NCBI GenBank assembly: GCA_030141605.1
Contig: JAQGDQ010000050.1
Coordinates: forward strand, 507,971-571,970
Reading direction: 5' to 3'
Length of the DNA: 64,000 nucleotides
From: Tubiluchus corallicola
Lineage: Eukaryota; Animalia; Priapulida
Below the pieces are notes generated by a model. It made no database searches. It was given only the letters and a program-made list of their open reading frames with translations, and was not told the DNA's origin. This document shows positions 1-13,170 of the stretch, piece by piece (the first letter of the stretch is position 1; each line of letters opens with the position of its first letter). The position numbers and the translations under genes were made by a program.

Positions 1-530
1 GGCAAACCTGCAGTTACTGCATAAAAAGTGCTCATCGATCTGCTATTCAATATCGCTTGCGTGTTCATTCAATATAGCCCCTACAGGCCAAACATAAAAT
101 ATACTTATATGATTAGGTCTAATGACCTTTCTAGTCCATTACATTTCTCCTCGTCACGAACATTCATCATAGTTTGCTGCTTGCCCACAGAAATTAATCA
201 CCCATGACCGATCAAACTGCGTTTATGGCGTTTAGCAACACGTCAGGCGCTAAATAGCTGCAATAGGTTCTCTTGATTCCTTTACCAGCTAAGTGAGCTA
301 AAGATGAAGCAAAGCTTTCAAATTCTGATAACACTGCGTCTTAATGAGATGTTTTTGAAGCAACGCGAGAACCACTGCACCCTGGGATCTGGCAGAAAAT
401 GTTGTCCACACTTACTGTCCATAAAATAATATATCTCGTGCCTATTCAAATCGCAAATACAGTAGCAACGAGATAGCTTGGAAAGCTGCTGGACGAATTC
501 ATTGGTATCGTGATAGAACAAGATTTTTTG
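1..530 (+). mobile_element. Decayed LINE reverse transcriptase C-terminal remnant (Rex1/Babar- or L2-like)
   Basis: Broken frames give ANLQLLHKKCSSICYSISLACSFNI ... THDR ... LGSGRK, resembling the N..L.KK..QRLY.L..FN ... DR ... LPSGRR tail of these LINEs. Many stops and frameshifts. Confidence 0.35.
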
Positions 531-2022
531 TTTTAAAACCTGTTAAGATTCATTATGTAATAGAAGGCGCAATATGTAACAGTGTAGCATTATGTAACAA
601 ATCACAAAATTTGTCATTTGTGTAGCAAATTTTGTATCATTATGTAACAGTCATTATGCAACCATTTTTGCGTTATTACGTAACAAACTTTATTTAACAA
701 AATTAGTACATTAACTAACAAACTAATGAAAGGTTGATCGTGGTCTGTGGATAGACCTTCATGTGTTTTGCTGTTTGCTTCATTTATGGAGCATGATCGA
801 TTGGTCATGGGAGATCAATTTCTCTCTGGATTCTGGTATGTCTGAGATGTAATCAATCAATGGTCTGGTCTTTTTTGTTAATCAAGTCTTCAGAGGTCTG
901 GTCTTGGTCTTTGGGTTCTGGTCTGCTTGAGATATGATCTGTCAGTGGCCTGGTCTGGTCTGTGGCTGGTTTGTCTGAAATCTGGTTTTTAAAAGTCTGA
1001 TCACAGACAGCTCAACCACAAACCAAATCTCTGAAAACGAGACCGTAGACAGACTTCTAATAAAACAAAACTCTGAGTATCAGACCACCTGAACAAAAAC
1101 ATAAGCGTACACAAAGCTATGAATAAGTTATACACAAAATATACCATGAAATACAAAATATACAATAGAAGAGAATAACAACGTATATTATGAAACAATC
1201 TTACCCGTAATAGTCTACAGCTTTTAGCAGAGACAATCTAACATCGTCGGGTAATTCCCCTTTTACATCATTACTGTTGTCTTTCATGACTTGAGATTGG
1301 CAAGGATTTTCAGATTTCATACCGTCCACGTTATCGTGCAGTTTGTTCTGTAAGATTAACCGTCAATCAGTTAAACATTTTCACTCTCCAATAAAGTAGT
1401 TTGAATCCGGAGGGCGAGTTTCTAGTAGAAGTCAATGCTGGACAAGTTGAAGCAGAATTACTAACAGTAATAGTCTGTAGCTTGTAAAGGATTTCAGATA
1501 TTTTCCTTGGGAATTCAGCGTGTTAAATTGTTCACTGGTTCAATTAAAAACTGATTTGAGGCGTAACAGCCGATTCGACACCAGTATGAAAAAGGTTTGT
1601 GGTTACTCCAGTGCTGACACTTGGAGTATTTGTAGTAAAGAATGAAGCATTTATAATCTTACTATAAGTAGATTATAAGCTATTATAGGTTATTTGGAGA
1701 GACCAAAGATTTAAAACTATGTCGCTTTGTGTTTTATATTTTGAGGGTAATAATGATATAAACAGTGGATTTCTACTTAATGGATTTCTACTTAACTACT
1801 AAGTTCTCGCTCTCTTATAATAAATGTATTTCAGTGAAAACACAGCAAATAGGAAAAGCACTACGAAGCCGTAGGGAGATGGTATTTTAAAAGCTTCGCA
1901 TCACTTCAATTACAGAGCAGTGGAGGGCACTAATGACAAATAACATTTGCGCAGATCAATTTGTTACTGTTTGAAGATGGGAGACACGACGTGGGACGCT
2001 CCCGCTTGCTCGATTTCCCCCA

Positions 2023-2290
2023 TGTACCGCCTCCCTGTGTGCCGCTTCGCCGCGTACCGCCTCGTTATGTACCCCGATACCACGTTCCGCCTTGGCACGG
2101 GTCACCTTGCTGTGTACCGTATCACTATGCGCCCCCTCACTGTCACATGGCACTGGATTACATGGCTAGATGCTCAATGGCACGTGACGAAGCCGTACTC
2201 AGCGAGACGGTACAAGGTGACTGAGGCCTGTACTATCAAATTGAGATTGGCTGTCAACGGAACAAGGAGGCGGTACGCAGTGATACTGAG
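2023..2290. repeat. CpG-rich mini foldback element built from 15-bp units
   Basis: About 8 units such as tgtaccgcctccctg / tgtgccgcttcgccg / cgtaccgcctcgtta at 2023-2142, then reverse-orientation units (acggtacaagg, gcggtacgcag) at about 2177-2290. Confidence 0.6.
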
Positions 2291-2789
2291 TAGTGATAGT
2301 GCGAATGTTCCATGTAGTATCTGATTTCGAAGTTGGCACTAAGATATTGCCCATTATCATATAATGCAGAATTTTTGTAACCGAGTGGTTTTATAATGCA
2401 TTAAAGCAGCTGTACAGTGAATTCTATGAAAATTGTGAATGCTACTGGCGTCCTTCTCCAACAAATAAGAAGATCTCCCAACTCGTTAGCGATGCCAATA
2501 TTAGGTATTCAGCTAGCATATCGATTTTGCATCTCAGTTTAGCCTCTATAAGTACGAGATAATCACTTAATTTGCCAATTTTGCGTTCCAAAGCTTCCGT
2601 GCAGCTCCGCCCACAAAAAACAGCCAAAGACAAAAGATGAGAGAGAGGATAGAAACCCGAGGGAAGAAAAAACTTTAGATGACAGAGAGAATGTAAACTA
2701 GTCATAAAGTTTTCTTTAAAGTGTTGTAAAATAAGACGAGCTAAAAAGTTTAAAGGCAAAAGCATAAAGCAAAATGTAACTGAAGCGGT

Positions 2790-3540
2790 TTTACATCAAC
2801 ATTAAAACTTTTTAATTGTCGTAAGGATGCAACATAGTATCTGAAAGAGTGCAAGCTTTATAATTACCATGCAAGTTATAATGTGTTACTTAAAAGAAAC
2901 AAAGTTTGAGCTCATCCCATGGATAGCTTTAAAATAATCAGCAGCTGTATGTCGTTGTCTAGATAGCTCGAGAGATGATGCACTTGCCTTATACAGAAGG
3001 TTCTCATAGTTTGATGGGAAGGTTTGAAAGTCTAACACTAAACCACGCTCATGTATTTTTTCGAGTTAATGGGATTTGTTTTGCAATTGGGCAGTAGTTG
3101 AAGTAAAAACTAGCAAATGGAGGACTTAAAGATAATCTTGCGAATACGTATTTTGGTCAAGGTAATGGCCTGTTCTGTTTAAAACATTTACTTGGTGGCC
3201 AGCTTTTTAACAAGTGTTCGTAAAATGACTGCTAAAGTTTAGACTGCTGTCTATATCAATGCCAAACAAAGTAACATTTGGTGATGTAAATGAAAATCTC
3301 CGATATCTCTACTAAAATTACTTTTTATCCTGCTCATTGCTATTTATCAACATAGTCTGAAAGTTGTCTCCATCTATGCCCATCTCATTGTTTTTACACA
3401 AGTTTATTGCATTGATTGATTTCTAACTTAGGACAGTTTTAATTTCATCATTTCTTGCTAAAACACACTGAAAAAGACAGGATGTTATTATTTGCATAAT
3501 TTATTAACTTTGCTTTTTTGATGAACATGAATAAGCCACT
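2790..3540 (-). mobile_element. CR1/L2-group LINE reverse transcriptase, 5'-truncated and decayed
   Basis: Minus-strand translation: LFMFIKKAKLINYANNNILS (degenerate YADD), NEMGIDGDNFQTMLI, VTLFGIDIDSSLNFSSHF, KAGHQVNVLNRTGHYL, YFNYCPI, SLELSRQRHTAADYFKAIHG, in the order expected for an RT C-terminal half. Confidence 0.8.
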
Positions 3541-3563
3541 AGTTTCTACGCAAAAATACTGAA

Positions 3564-3593
3564 AACACACACGCACGCACGCACGCACACACA

Positions 3594-3625
<32 letters not shown>
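3564..3625. repeat. Compound microsatellite (CA)n/(CACG)n/(GA)n
   Basis: Directly visible. Confidence 0.95.
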
Positions 3626-3626
<1 letters not shown>

Positions 3627-4167
3627 GGGGGCCGAGAAAATACATGTTAACTCCTGATTAGTTGAGACCACTACATTTACGGTAAAACTACAGTTCCACT
3701 AATTTAGCTTTATAACCGTCACCTCACGATGGTATCCCCTAGTGTCTAACAACCTATAACAGCGTCACTGACACCGAGCGTAATAAAAGTAAATCGATTG
3801 TGTAATATTCCTGCAGCAATAGCTGTATTTATTTAGTGCATCACTATTTACCACTCGCACGTGTACTTAATGGATTCAACAAATACTATTGGCTTCATCA
3901 GGTCGAGGTATATATACAGCAACAAGCCGTTAATGTACCATTTCAAGCAGCTATTGTAACATCACAGCATTTTTTATACTGTACGTTTGGCACTGTAAGC
4001 CGGGATACAGCAGTCAGTGGCAGCTCCTACTAATGCGACTAGTTGTGGAGGGACTAGAATCTAGCTCAGATCATCTGAGGTGAAACATTAGCCACGTCTA
4101 GATGCATATATCCTCCTTTAATGATGTAAATAATTAAAGTAGGCGAGGGCATGGTAGGAGAGGGGAG

Positions 4168-4170
<3 letters not shown>

Positions 4171-4213
<43 letters not shown>
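4171..4213. repeat. (GA)n microsatellite
   Basis: Directly visible. Confidence 0.95.
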
Positions 4214-4219
<6 letters not shown>

Positions 4220-4539
4220 GAGAAAAAAGGGTAAGAGAAAGTGAAAAAAAGGAGGGATGGCATAGCTGTAGCGATCTATATTTTCATATAATTGCCCAAA
4301 ATTTCAAGAAGCACGGAAGCACGGACAAAATGTTTGCCCTTTTCTTCGATGTTTAGTTGCAGGTTATATTTTAAACAAAAACAATTTGAATGGAAATAAT
4401 TTTTGCCATTAATAAGAAAATGATTTCAAAGCCCACAAGAAACTGTACGGTGTGTTTTTATTACACGTGACGTGGTTATTAACCTCGGAAACTTCAAGTA
4501 TACACATGTGCATATTGGATGTTCATTGGTTGGGGGACT

Positions 4540-4860
4540 GCTGGTGCTGAGGTTACAGTTCTGATGTTGAAAGCGCCGAAGTTGCTGATACGAAGATTGC
4601 AGGCACTGAGGTTACAAACTCCACAGGCTGCATGCACCAAAGTTGCTGGTGCCAAGGTGCAGGTGCAGAGTTTACAAATGCCCACTGTAGATGGTACAAA
4701 GCCGCAGGTCTGATGTTGCAGGTGTTGATATTACAGGCTTGTACAAAAGTGGGCGCCTGCCGAAATTTCAGGTACCGAAGATGCAAGTGATGAGATTGGA
4801 CACACCGAGGCCGTAGACCTTCGCCGAGTTTTCAGGTGTGAAGGTTGCTGGTGCTGAATG
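4540..4860. repeat. Degenerate 15-bp tandem array (consensus about GGTGCCGAAGTTGCA)
   Basis: Units ggtgctgaggttaca, agcgccgaagttgct, ggcactgaggttaca, ggtgccaaggtgca, ggtaccgaagatgca. The same unit recurs at 5610-5700 and inverted at 6470-6575. Confidence 0.75.
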
Positions 4861-5110
4861 TTGTGAACGAGGTTAATGATTAAAGTTGAGTATTAATGAC
4901 TGTCATTATATTAATGTAGTTATCATCTGCGATACGCAAGTTGGTACTTTCAGCACTAATAAAAAAATTGTTTAAATTTTTCGCTCTGTAACGTTATGAG
5001 TTATAAATTAGCACACACTTGGTCGTCAACAAAGGATGTCTATCAGTCCCCGGTAAGGTAAATTCTATGTGGTTACAAACTCTCTGCGTTTACCCCGGGC
5101 TTTACACATT

Positions 5111-7029
5111 GGCAATTTCTCACAACTGCTTCACTTATGAAGTTATGGCTGTAACTCAATCTGACAACGATTCACTCCTGAAGCAGCTGATCTGTTATTG
5201 TGATTGATGTTACGGAAACGATATGGTAATGTGGCCTATGAAGAACTGATACGATCTGGATGTAGGAGTGGTAGCCTACTTGGTGATTAGTAAAGTTGTT
5301 ATTGAAGTTATTGGAACATAGTCATCTTGGTGGAACATTACATTTAGTGCTTTGTTAGAAATTAACTAATTTTAATGTGAGAGATGTTGGTGTGGCATAA
5401 CATCGCACACAGAGGAAGGAAGGACACTGCTTGAATGTACACTCTGCGTGTGCACTCTGCATAGAGTATTAATTAGAAATCAGCCTGTCTCTTGCCCCAG
5501 ATAAATTTGCTCTAAATTAATGGATTAGAGTTGTTTATTATTTTGCTATAATCTCGTGTTGCTGTTTGAGATACTGTTATTTTATTATGCCACATGATAG
5601 ATTGATTTACCGAGGTCGCAGATGCTGAAGTTACAGGCACTGAGTTATGAGTGCAGAGATTGCAGGAACCAACTTGCAGGGGCTAAGGTTACATGTGCCG
5701 GAACCGAAAGCGTCAAATTCACTAACAAACATTGAAGATGCATATTCATTTTCATTTCTAACATCTTATCATGTCTAGTTAGTGATATTTATGTGGTTAA
5801 GTTATTACTGCTGGTGGATAAGTGAATGAATTTTTGTGAAACAGTTAAACATAGGACCTCTATTGAACGAAGTTTTTACAATCATCGATTTTTATAATTT
5901 TGGAAAGTACTACTAAAAACTTATTAGTGCATGGCTTTGTAATAATGACGATAACAATCTAATGCAGCTTTCAAAAGTGTCTGCACTATAGCTCATTTCC
6001 CTGGAACACATATGAGCAGTGATGTTGCGCCATTCGTGCAAAGGTAAAAGCCAGCGAAAGCTGGATCTTTTGGTGCGCAAGTCGAACAATGAATTGGACG
6101 CTGTATGATACACAGACTTTGTCTTTCTTGTACACTCACCTGTTCCCAGTACTTTGTGTTGATTTTATGTGTTTCTCCTTTTAAAATGATGAATTGCAGG
6201 AAACAGAAATGCAGAAGATGAGGCCATTCTTGAGTGGACAGATGAGACATTGTGTTACAACTGCCTCCACTTTATACCCTTATAAGCGACTTAGCAATGT
6301 ATGTACGCACTTTTGTCAACAGTAGCAGTAGTGATAAGAACAACGAGCCACCAGCAGCAATGATTTCACCACATAAATATCACTAACTAGACAGATAGAC
6401 GTTAGGATGTTAGACATTATGTGAATGAACGTGCATCGTTGATGTTGAATTTGGTGTTTTCGATCTTAGCATCTGCAGCCTCGACCCCTGTCACTTCCTC
6501 AACCTCCAGAGGTTCCTCAACCTCTGCATCCACAATCTCAAAGTCAGTAACTTCAGCTCTTCCTACCCCAGCGTTACGTGCAAGCACCGCAAGCTATCAG
6601 GTAACATACTAAAATAACCAGAGGAACTCAAACAACACAAGATTATAACCACATAAAAACAACTTTAATCTATTAATTTACAGCAAATTTGTATTCAAAC
6701 AGCGTCCATCCTTTGTGTGCCGTACGCCCGATATTACTCCACACCAATAGCTTCTCACACTAGAAAGGAAAAAATGTCTGAAATCATACTAGATATAATG
6801 TTCCACCAACAGCAACACAAGATTGTTGTGTTCCAGTAGCTTCACTTACAGCTTCACTAACCACCAAAATAGCTACCACTACACCAACACCCATCCAGAT
6901 CGTTTGTCCTTCATGGGCCGCCCTGCCATATCAAGGCGATAACACCAAATCACAGTAACAAATCAGGTGCCTCAGGAACAAGGTATTGTCAGCTCAAGTT
7001 ATAGCTTACACAGATCTGAGGAAATTGCT
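5111..7029. repeat. Long diverged inverted repeat: arms about 5111-5817 and 6348-7029, spacer about 530 bp
   Basis: tgtctagttagtgatatttatgtgg (about 5773) is the reverse complement of ccacataaatatcactaactagaca (about 6369). ttggtggaacatta (about 5327) pairs with taatgttccaccaa (about 6796). Collinear matches run along the whole arm. Confidence 0.85.
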
Positions 7030-7659
7030 GGTAATTTACACATGGAGCGTGTACAGGGAACTTCTAAGGATATACTGCTATAATAAGCAATAGCTTTCAT
7101 TCTAATGTTTTTAAAAAATAAAATGTAATGAAGTAATAATGCAACAGTACTCATTTTTAAAACTTTTTGACTTTTGCTGCTACTTAATTATTGGCATTGC
7201 TGTTGTCTCTGCCGGCACTGTCGTCGTTATTGTATATCACATCTATAGCTTATTGACAACGTGGATGGAAACCAACAACAGCAATTGCAACAGCAGCAGC
7301 AACGCCAGCTGTGGCAACAGCAATGACGACACCGACAACATTAACTCTGGCAAGGCACTGACCTGCGTATTGCCAGAATTTGCGACGTTCATAAAACTCA
7401 AAGCTATTCTCTTCCATATATGAAAATGCAAACTTTCACGTTTTTGACAGCTTCGCTGTCAGTGATTGCTGTTACTGTTGCAATATCCATTGCGCCTCTA
7501 GTTATAAAATATGCGCGTAAATATGTTAAAGATATCGCTGAAAACGTTTCTGGGAGGAAAAGCGATAGCAAATTAGAATGGAACTACTACTTACACCATA
7601 TACTAACCTCTGACGCTGAAGAAATCGTATTCTGAGACATCATCAATCTTTATTGATGA

Positions 7660-8260
7660 CCTGTATAAGTAGCTCGCTAAAACTATTTAAACAAATAATG
7701 CCGCCACTATACCGTCAGAAACGTCTCTGCTTGGATGGGAAGCACTTTTGCTCTAGGAACGCTATTATTGAACGCTTGCCCCTGGCTTCCCTCACGTGAC
7801 TAGATTAGGCCAATAGGAACTGATAATAAGGATATGCCTTTTTTGATACTGATATTATACATGCAAATGAGCACCTCTAATTGCGATATTATCAATATAG
7901 CTGTAAGTAATTGTTGCACTAATTTTTCACCATGTATGCCTAATATAATAAAAAGCTTAATAGAAAAATTTACTTCTTTGTACATATTTATTGTAAATGA
8001 CCTGCTGCGGGTCCAGTGAGCTGTGCTCTTATGGTATTGCAATTTTTGCACCTTGAACGATTCAGGATCGTGCATCACTATGCCACTGCGACAGGCTTAC
8101 TCGGGCAGGTTTAACTAACTTTTTGCATCATCTGACACTGGCCATCTGTGACTTATTGTAGGGTTTGATCAAGAAATGGATTAACTGGTGGTAAGAGAAG
8201 GTTGACGTAATGGATACAACAAAAAACTTTGTTATTTTCAGTAGTAATATTCTTTATAAT
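7660..8260 (-). pseudogene. Decayed Ulp1/SENP (C48) protease-like coding remnant, probably transposon-borne
   Basis: Minus-strand fragments in order: STFSYHQL ... ASVR*CKK ... KIAIP ... HWT ... DG/YSGGIICLNSFSELL, compared with Ulp1 STFFY.KL ... VKRWTKK ... LIP ... HW ... DGYSCG.F. Frameshifts must be assumed. Confidence 0.35.
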
Positions 8261-8594
8261 AAACGTTTGCACATGAAAGTAGTGCAGAAAGAATTAGCAT
8301 AACGTTCCAATCACTTTCCAGAGCGCGATGTTATGTTTTACATAATCTCATTTATGCAACGTTATTACATATAGTCATTGTTGTTTAAGTGTCAGTGGCC
8401 CACTAACACACCGCTGTGCAAAAATGAAGCTTCCTGCTCACCTGCCAAAATCTCGGGCTCCTGACGTATGGGTTGTTTTTCGTTACTGGTTTGGGCAGCA
8501 TAAAGTTTTCGTGAACGTACGCATTTCAAGTTAGCGCAGCGGCACATGTTTCAAGACACTGAGAATATTAAGTATTCTGACCATTTATTTCGAA

Positions 8595-8723
8595 ATGGAT
8601 ATACGGTGGTTTACTAAAGATTACTTAGAACAATTAAAACGTCCTGAAATGGTTGAAATTGCTAAAAATGTTGGTCTCCCAATAAGACAATCGAAGAAGG
8701 AAGATTTAATCAGTTGCATATAA
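8595..8723 (+). pseudogene. Short SAP/Rho-N (helix-extension-helix)-like ORF, likely the N-terminus of a dead transposon protein
   Basis: MDIRWFTKDYLEQLKRPEMVEIAKNVGLPIRQSKKEDLISCI* fits the L..L...EL..IAK..GL.....K.DLI pattern. The frame closes at 8721-8723. Confidence 0.5.
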
Positions 8724-11700
8724 GGAGCTCAGCAGGCATACCACACATAGAGTTGCAAGCACAGTTAAAATATAGAACCAGAATCTATGCAAATTGAACA
8801 GGAAAATACTGTTACCGGAGCTCTAGCATTAATGTTCATTGTGAGGCTCAATTAAGGAGGCACATCCTCTTTTTTACTGAAAAAGAGCTAAACCAATAAT
8901 ATTTCAAAACCAAATGTTTAAACTTCTCAGTAAAGCAATTATTTCAAAATGAAGCCGCCTTTTGTGAGTCGGAATAGTAAAGTATCCTCTGCTAGATGCA
9001 GGTGTGAACAGGCGTTGAGTTTATGACCCGTAATGATAACATCTATGCCTTAGACTGCTCTAAACGCATATATCGTCTCCACACTAAAAATATCTAAGTG
9101 GAAAAGCCGCGGCATATCAGAAGGGCAACGACATAACACGCGAGTTTTGGTAATTTACTGATAGTTCCCTAAACTGAAGTCATCATCGGTGGATGTTATT
9201 AATTAGTAAAACCCAAAGAAAGCAATGGTAATCATTGTTTTCGAAGTAGTTGCTATAGAAATGGGTAGATTTGGGTCTTACAGTTGACTTTTGTCAGAGA
9301 TCTTTTAGTAGCGAAGTTTGCAGTACACAGTGTTGCTGCAGCGAAAGTGACGAGACAAGGCGCAAATTACACCATTTTAATAAAAAAAGTTCATTTTGAC
9401 TCTTGACTTGATCAGTAAAGCGTTCCTTCAAGTGGTACTAGAAAGTGGATATTCTGACAGAAGGCGGAAGCACTAGGATCCATCCCATTTCTGCAAGTCC
9501 TACATGACAACTCTCCTTGCTGGCAGAAAATCATTACCAGCACAGTGGTATCAGAAGTGTATCAAACCAATAGATTGACTCTCTTGGTTATATTGGTATT
9601 AAAGAGGGGTGTTGACACTGTTTGAGCAGTGAGCTTAACTGTGGCATTTCTTGGGTGCTAGTTGAAGGTGAAGTTTGACCATTAGATGCTAAACCGCTAA
9701 TACTAGATGAAGCAGATGTGATCATCTCTGCTGATGTTACACACAGTGGCATTAACTCTGTTCGAGCAGTGGGTATAACTGTGGTGTTACTGGAGTGCCA
9801 GTTCCAGGTGAAGGTTGACTACCAGATGCTAAACCACCACAGAAGAAACTGATGTGATCATGACACGTAATAGGAACACAATAACTAACTGCAGAACCGC
9901 GATGACTGACACCGAAAATATAGCAGAAAATCAAACACACATTTATTATGTACTGAACATGGAACACTCGTATTTTGCAGTACACTTATCGAAATTTAAC
10001 CACAATTATCATTCAGCCTAAAATAATCTAGATTGTGTGCCACATTTAAGCACATTGTTTGAAAATTAGCTTTACCACTGTTTGCAACGTTAGCAGTGTC
10101 AAACTGCACTATCGATACAGTCCCACTTCTGATACCACTGTGTTGTCTATGGCACCTCTCTACCAAGGACCATTGTCCTCCAGAGACAAGGGCAGAACAG
10201 ACTAACAGAGTAACCAAAGGCCAAGGGGAACATACAGCTTGAAAAAAGCTGCGAGAAATCAAATCACCAAAATGTTTTTAAGTACTTCACAAAGCATCCT
10301 TGTGGCGCTTGTTCAGGGTCTTGGAGGAAAATGTGTAGCTCGTTGAAAAGAGCAGCAGTCGTGCTATTGAATTGCTATTGCAAACGCTTCTACCAAGATG
10401 AGGGGTTGCGAGCTGGTATAGAGGAACGTTTTTTCTGGACAACTCCCGGCATTAACCTTAAAATTATTTAAGCTAATGTACTGTAACCTAACATCAATGC
10501 AAACAGGTATGTAAGCGTATTGGAAAAAGCTAGAAACATGGGACTGCTAAATCTAACTACGAAAACGAACTTAACTATAAAGTGAACGGAGTTTCTACTA
10601 ACAGAAAGGAAAAGAATGATTTACCTTATTTACTAGAAATGTTACAGGTTTCCCTACATTGCACTGGAACTGCTAGGTATGGGTGAACAGGAGCGGGGGA
10701 TGAAGATGAGATGTCGATGCATGCCAAAACTGCTCTGTGACTGGTTGACATTAAAAGATCAAAAATAAAATTGCCCAATCTAAAAAAGATCCGCCAATTA
10801 ATGAAATGCCCTAGGAAAGGTATATTAAATGTAGGTGAGGCATACGGATGCTAACGCACATCCACAGCAAATTACTATATCAATTGAACGAGATGTTCGA
10901 GCAAATGGGCCGATATATTTCGACCACTTTTTTGACGTGAGAAAACATTGTTATTAAATATACCTACAGTAAGACAATAATTGTTTACAGCATGCTATAC
11001 TATGTTTTTCTTTACTATATTTTTGGTTTACAGCCCTTACAGTGAGTGAGCTTTAGTATATAGACTTTATTTATTTTAAGTGTAACTTAACACAACATAG
11101 TATAACTGATCACAGTATTTGCACCACAGTACTTCCACTATGTGTAGTGCAGGGAAAATCTAGTACAGTTTAGTTAAGGATAGATATATACAGTTAAGCA
11201 TACGGCTAGTTCGAGCATATGATGGTACATCATATGGTACATCAGCCAATGTAAACGGTACAGTTTGAGAACACGGGTTGTTAATTGAAATGTATAAAAC
11301 CCATAGAACAGACACAACAACGAAACGATTATGCTTTAAGCACGTCAGCCTGAAAATAACGGTAATTCACAGCAACAATAAAATAACTGCAATATGTCAG
11401 GAGAATACTGTTGTAAGGCTTGCAACTTTATACTAATAAATCGTTACGTTTGCAATTCAATTTAGGAATAATTCATCTCCGCCTCACTGAAGATGGCGCC
11501 ACATTACACAAAACGACAGGAATATTTCTTTCTGAGAAGGGTTTCTCAGAGACTAGAGACTATAGCTGTTTAAAGTGTCTACTTGTGACGCAATGCTTAG
11601 CTTACCAGTTACATCAGTAACACAGTGACTTGACAAGTTTCATGCCCAAAACTTCATGTTTAAAATTAATCAAAAATAAAAAACAAATTAATTTAATTAG

Positions 11701-11997
11701 TTAAATTAGAATCACTGTAGTTTGAGCGACTTAACACTGGAAATACTGAATTTTGTTGGCTAACTATGAGATATGAACTTTGGACTCGATTGACCACTGG
11801 GGTGTACAGTGGCATATTGGTCTAAAATCTAAATCGTCTGCTTTGTTAGCAGAAGCTTTCCCCTTAACCCAACTTTTTCAGATTTCCCGTCTTTCAAGTG
11901 TTATATCAAAATTTAATTAACTGTAGGTTCGTACAGTGTTAATTAATTTATAAGGAATGGGAGCAACTATTTTCTTCTTGAGTCGAATTAGCGAAGT

Positions 11998-12001
<4 letters not shown>

Positions 12002-12062
<61 letters not shown>
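12002..12062. repeat. (CT)n microsatellite
   Basis: Directly visible. Confidence 0.95.
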
Positions 12063-12065
<3 letters not shown>

Positions 12066-12213
12066 TAGGTAAATTTTCTTATTTATCGACATGGTCCTCG
12101 AATCCGGCTACAAAAATTCTCATTTCTCGAAAAAAAGTCATAGCATCATAAAATTAACTACGCGAAAACTACTTGTATATACTGTATAGCAAATCGCTTC
12201 CGAAAATAGAGAA

Positions 12214-13170
12214 GGTTCACTCCACCAAGGTACACCCGCCAAGATACACTCCACAAGTGTACACCTGCCAAGGTTCACTCCACTAAGATACACCCACCAT
12301 GGCACACATGCCAAGGTGCACCCGCCAAGTTACACTCCACCAAAGTACACCCGCCAAGTTACATTCCACCAAGGTACACCAGCCAAGGAACACTCCACCA
12401 AGGTATACTCCACCAGAGTACACCTGCCAAGGTTCACTCCACTAAGATACACCCACCAAGGCACACATGCCAAAGTTCACTCCACCAAAGTACACCCGCC
12501 AAGTTACATTCCACCAAGGTACACCAGCCAAGGAACACTCCACCAAGGTACACCAGCCAAGGAACACTCCACCAAGGTACACTCCACCAGAGTACACCTG
12601 ACAAGGTTCACTCCACTAAGATACACCCACCAAGGCACACATGCCAAAGTTCACTCCACCAAAGTACCCCCGCCTTGGTACACTCCACTAAGGTACACCC
12701 GTCAAGTTACACTCCACCAAGGTACACTTCACCAAAGTACACCTGCCAAGGTACACGCCACAAGCGTACACCTGCCAAGTTTCACTCCACTAAGATACAC
12801 CACCAAGGTACACATGCCAAAGTTCACTCCACCAAAGTACCCCCGCCTTGGTACACTCCACTAAGGTACACCCGCCAAGTTACACTCCACCAAGGTACAC
12901 CAGCCAAGGTTCATTCCACCAAGGTATACCTGCCAAGGTACACCCGCCAAAGAACACTCCGCCAAGGTACACTCCACCAAAGTACACTCTGCCAAGGTGC
13001 CCCCGCCATGGTATATTTCCCCAAGTACACTCCACCATGGTACACCTGCCGAAGTTCACTCCACCAAAGTATTCCCGCCAAGGTACACTCCACTGAGGTA
13101 CACACAGCCAAGGTACACCTGCCCAGGTTCACTCCACCAAGGTACCCTCCGCCAAGGTTCATTCCACCAA
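12214..13170. repeat. About 950-bp array of 13-15-bp units (GGTACACTCCACCAA / GGTACACCCGCCAA) with higher-order repeats
   Basis: Units are directly visible. The block gtacacctgccaaggttcactccactaagatacacc recurs at about 12259, 12418, 12591 and 12767. Confidence 0.9.

Noticed and set aside
5913-6250. Cys-containing ORFs in the inverted-repeat spacer
   Set aside because: Cys spacing does not convincingly fit THAP, PHD or the piggyBac Cys-rich domain.
7139-7635. Two short ORFs with hydrophobic N-terminal segments
   Set aside because: They overlap low-complexity (CAA/CAG) and TE-derived sequence and have no splice or domain support.
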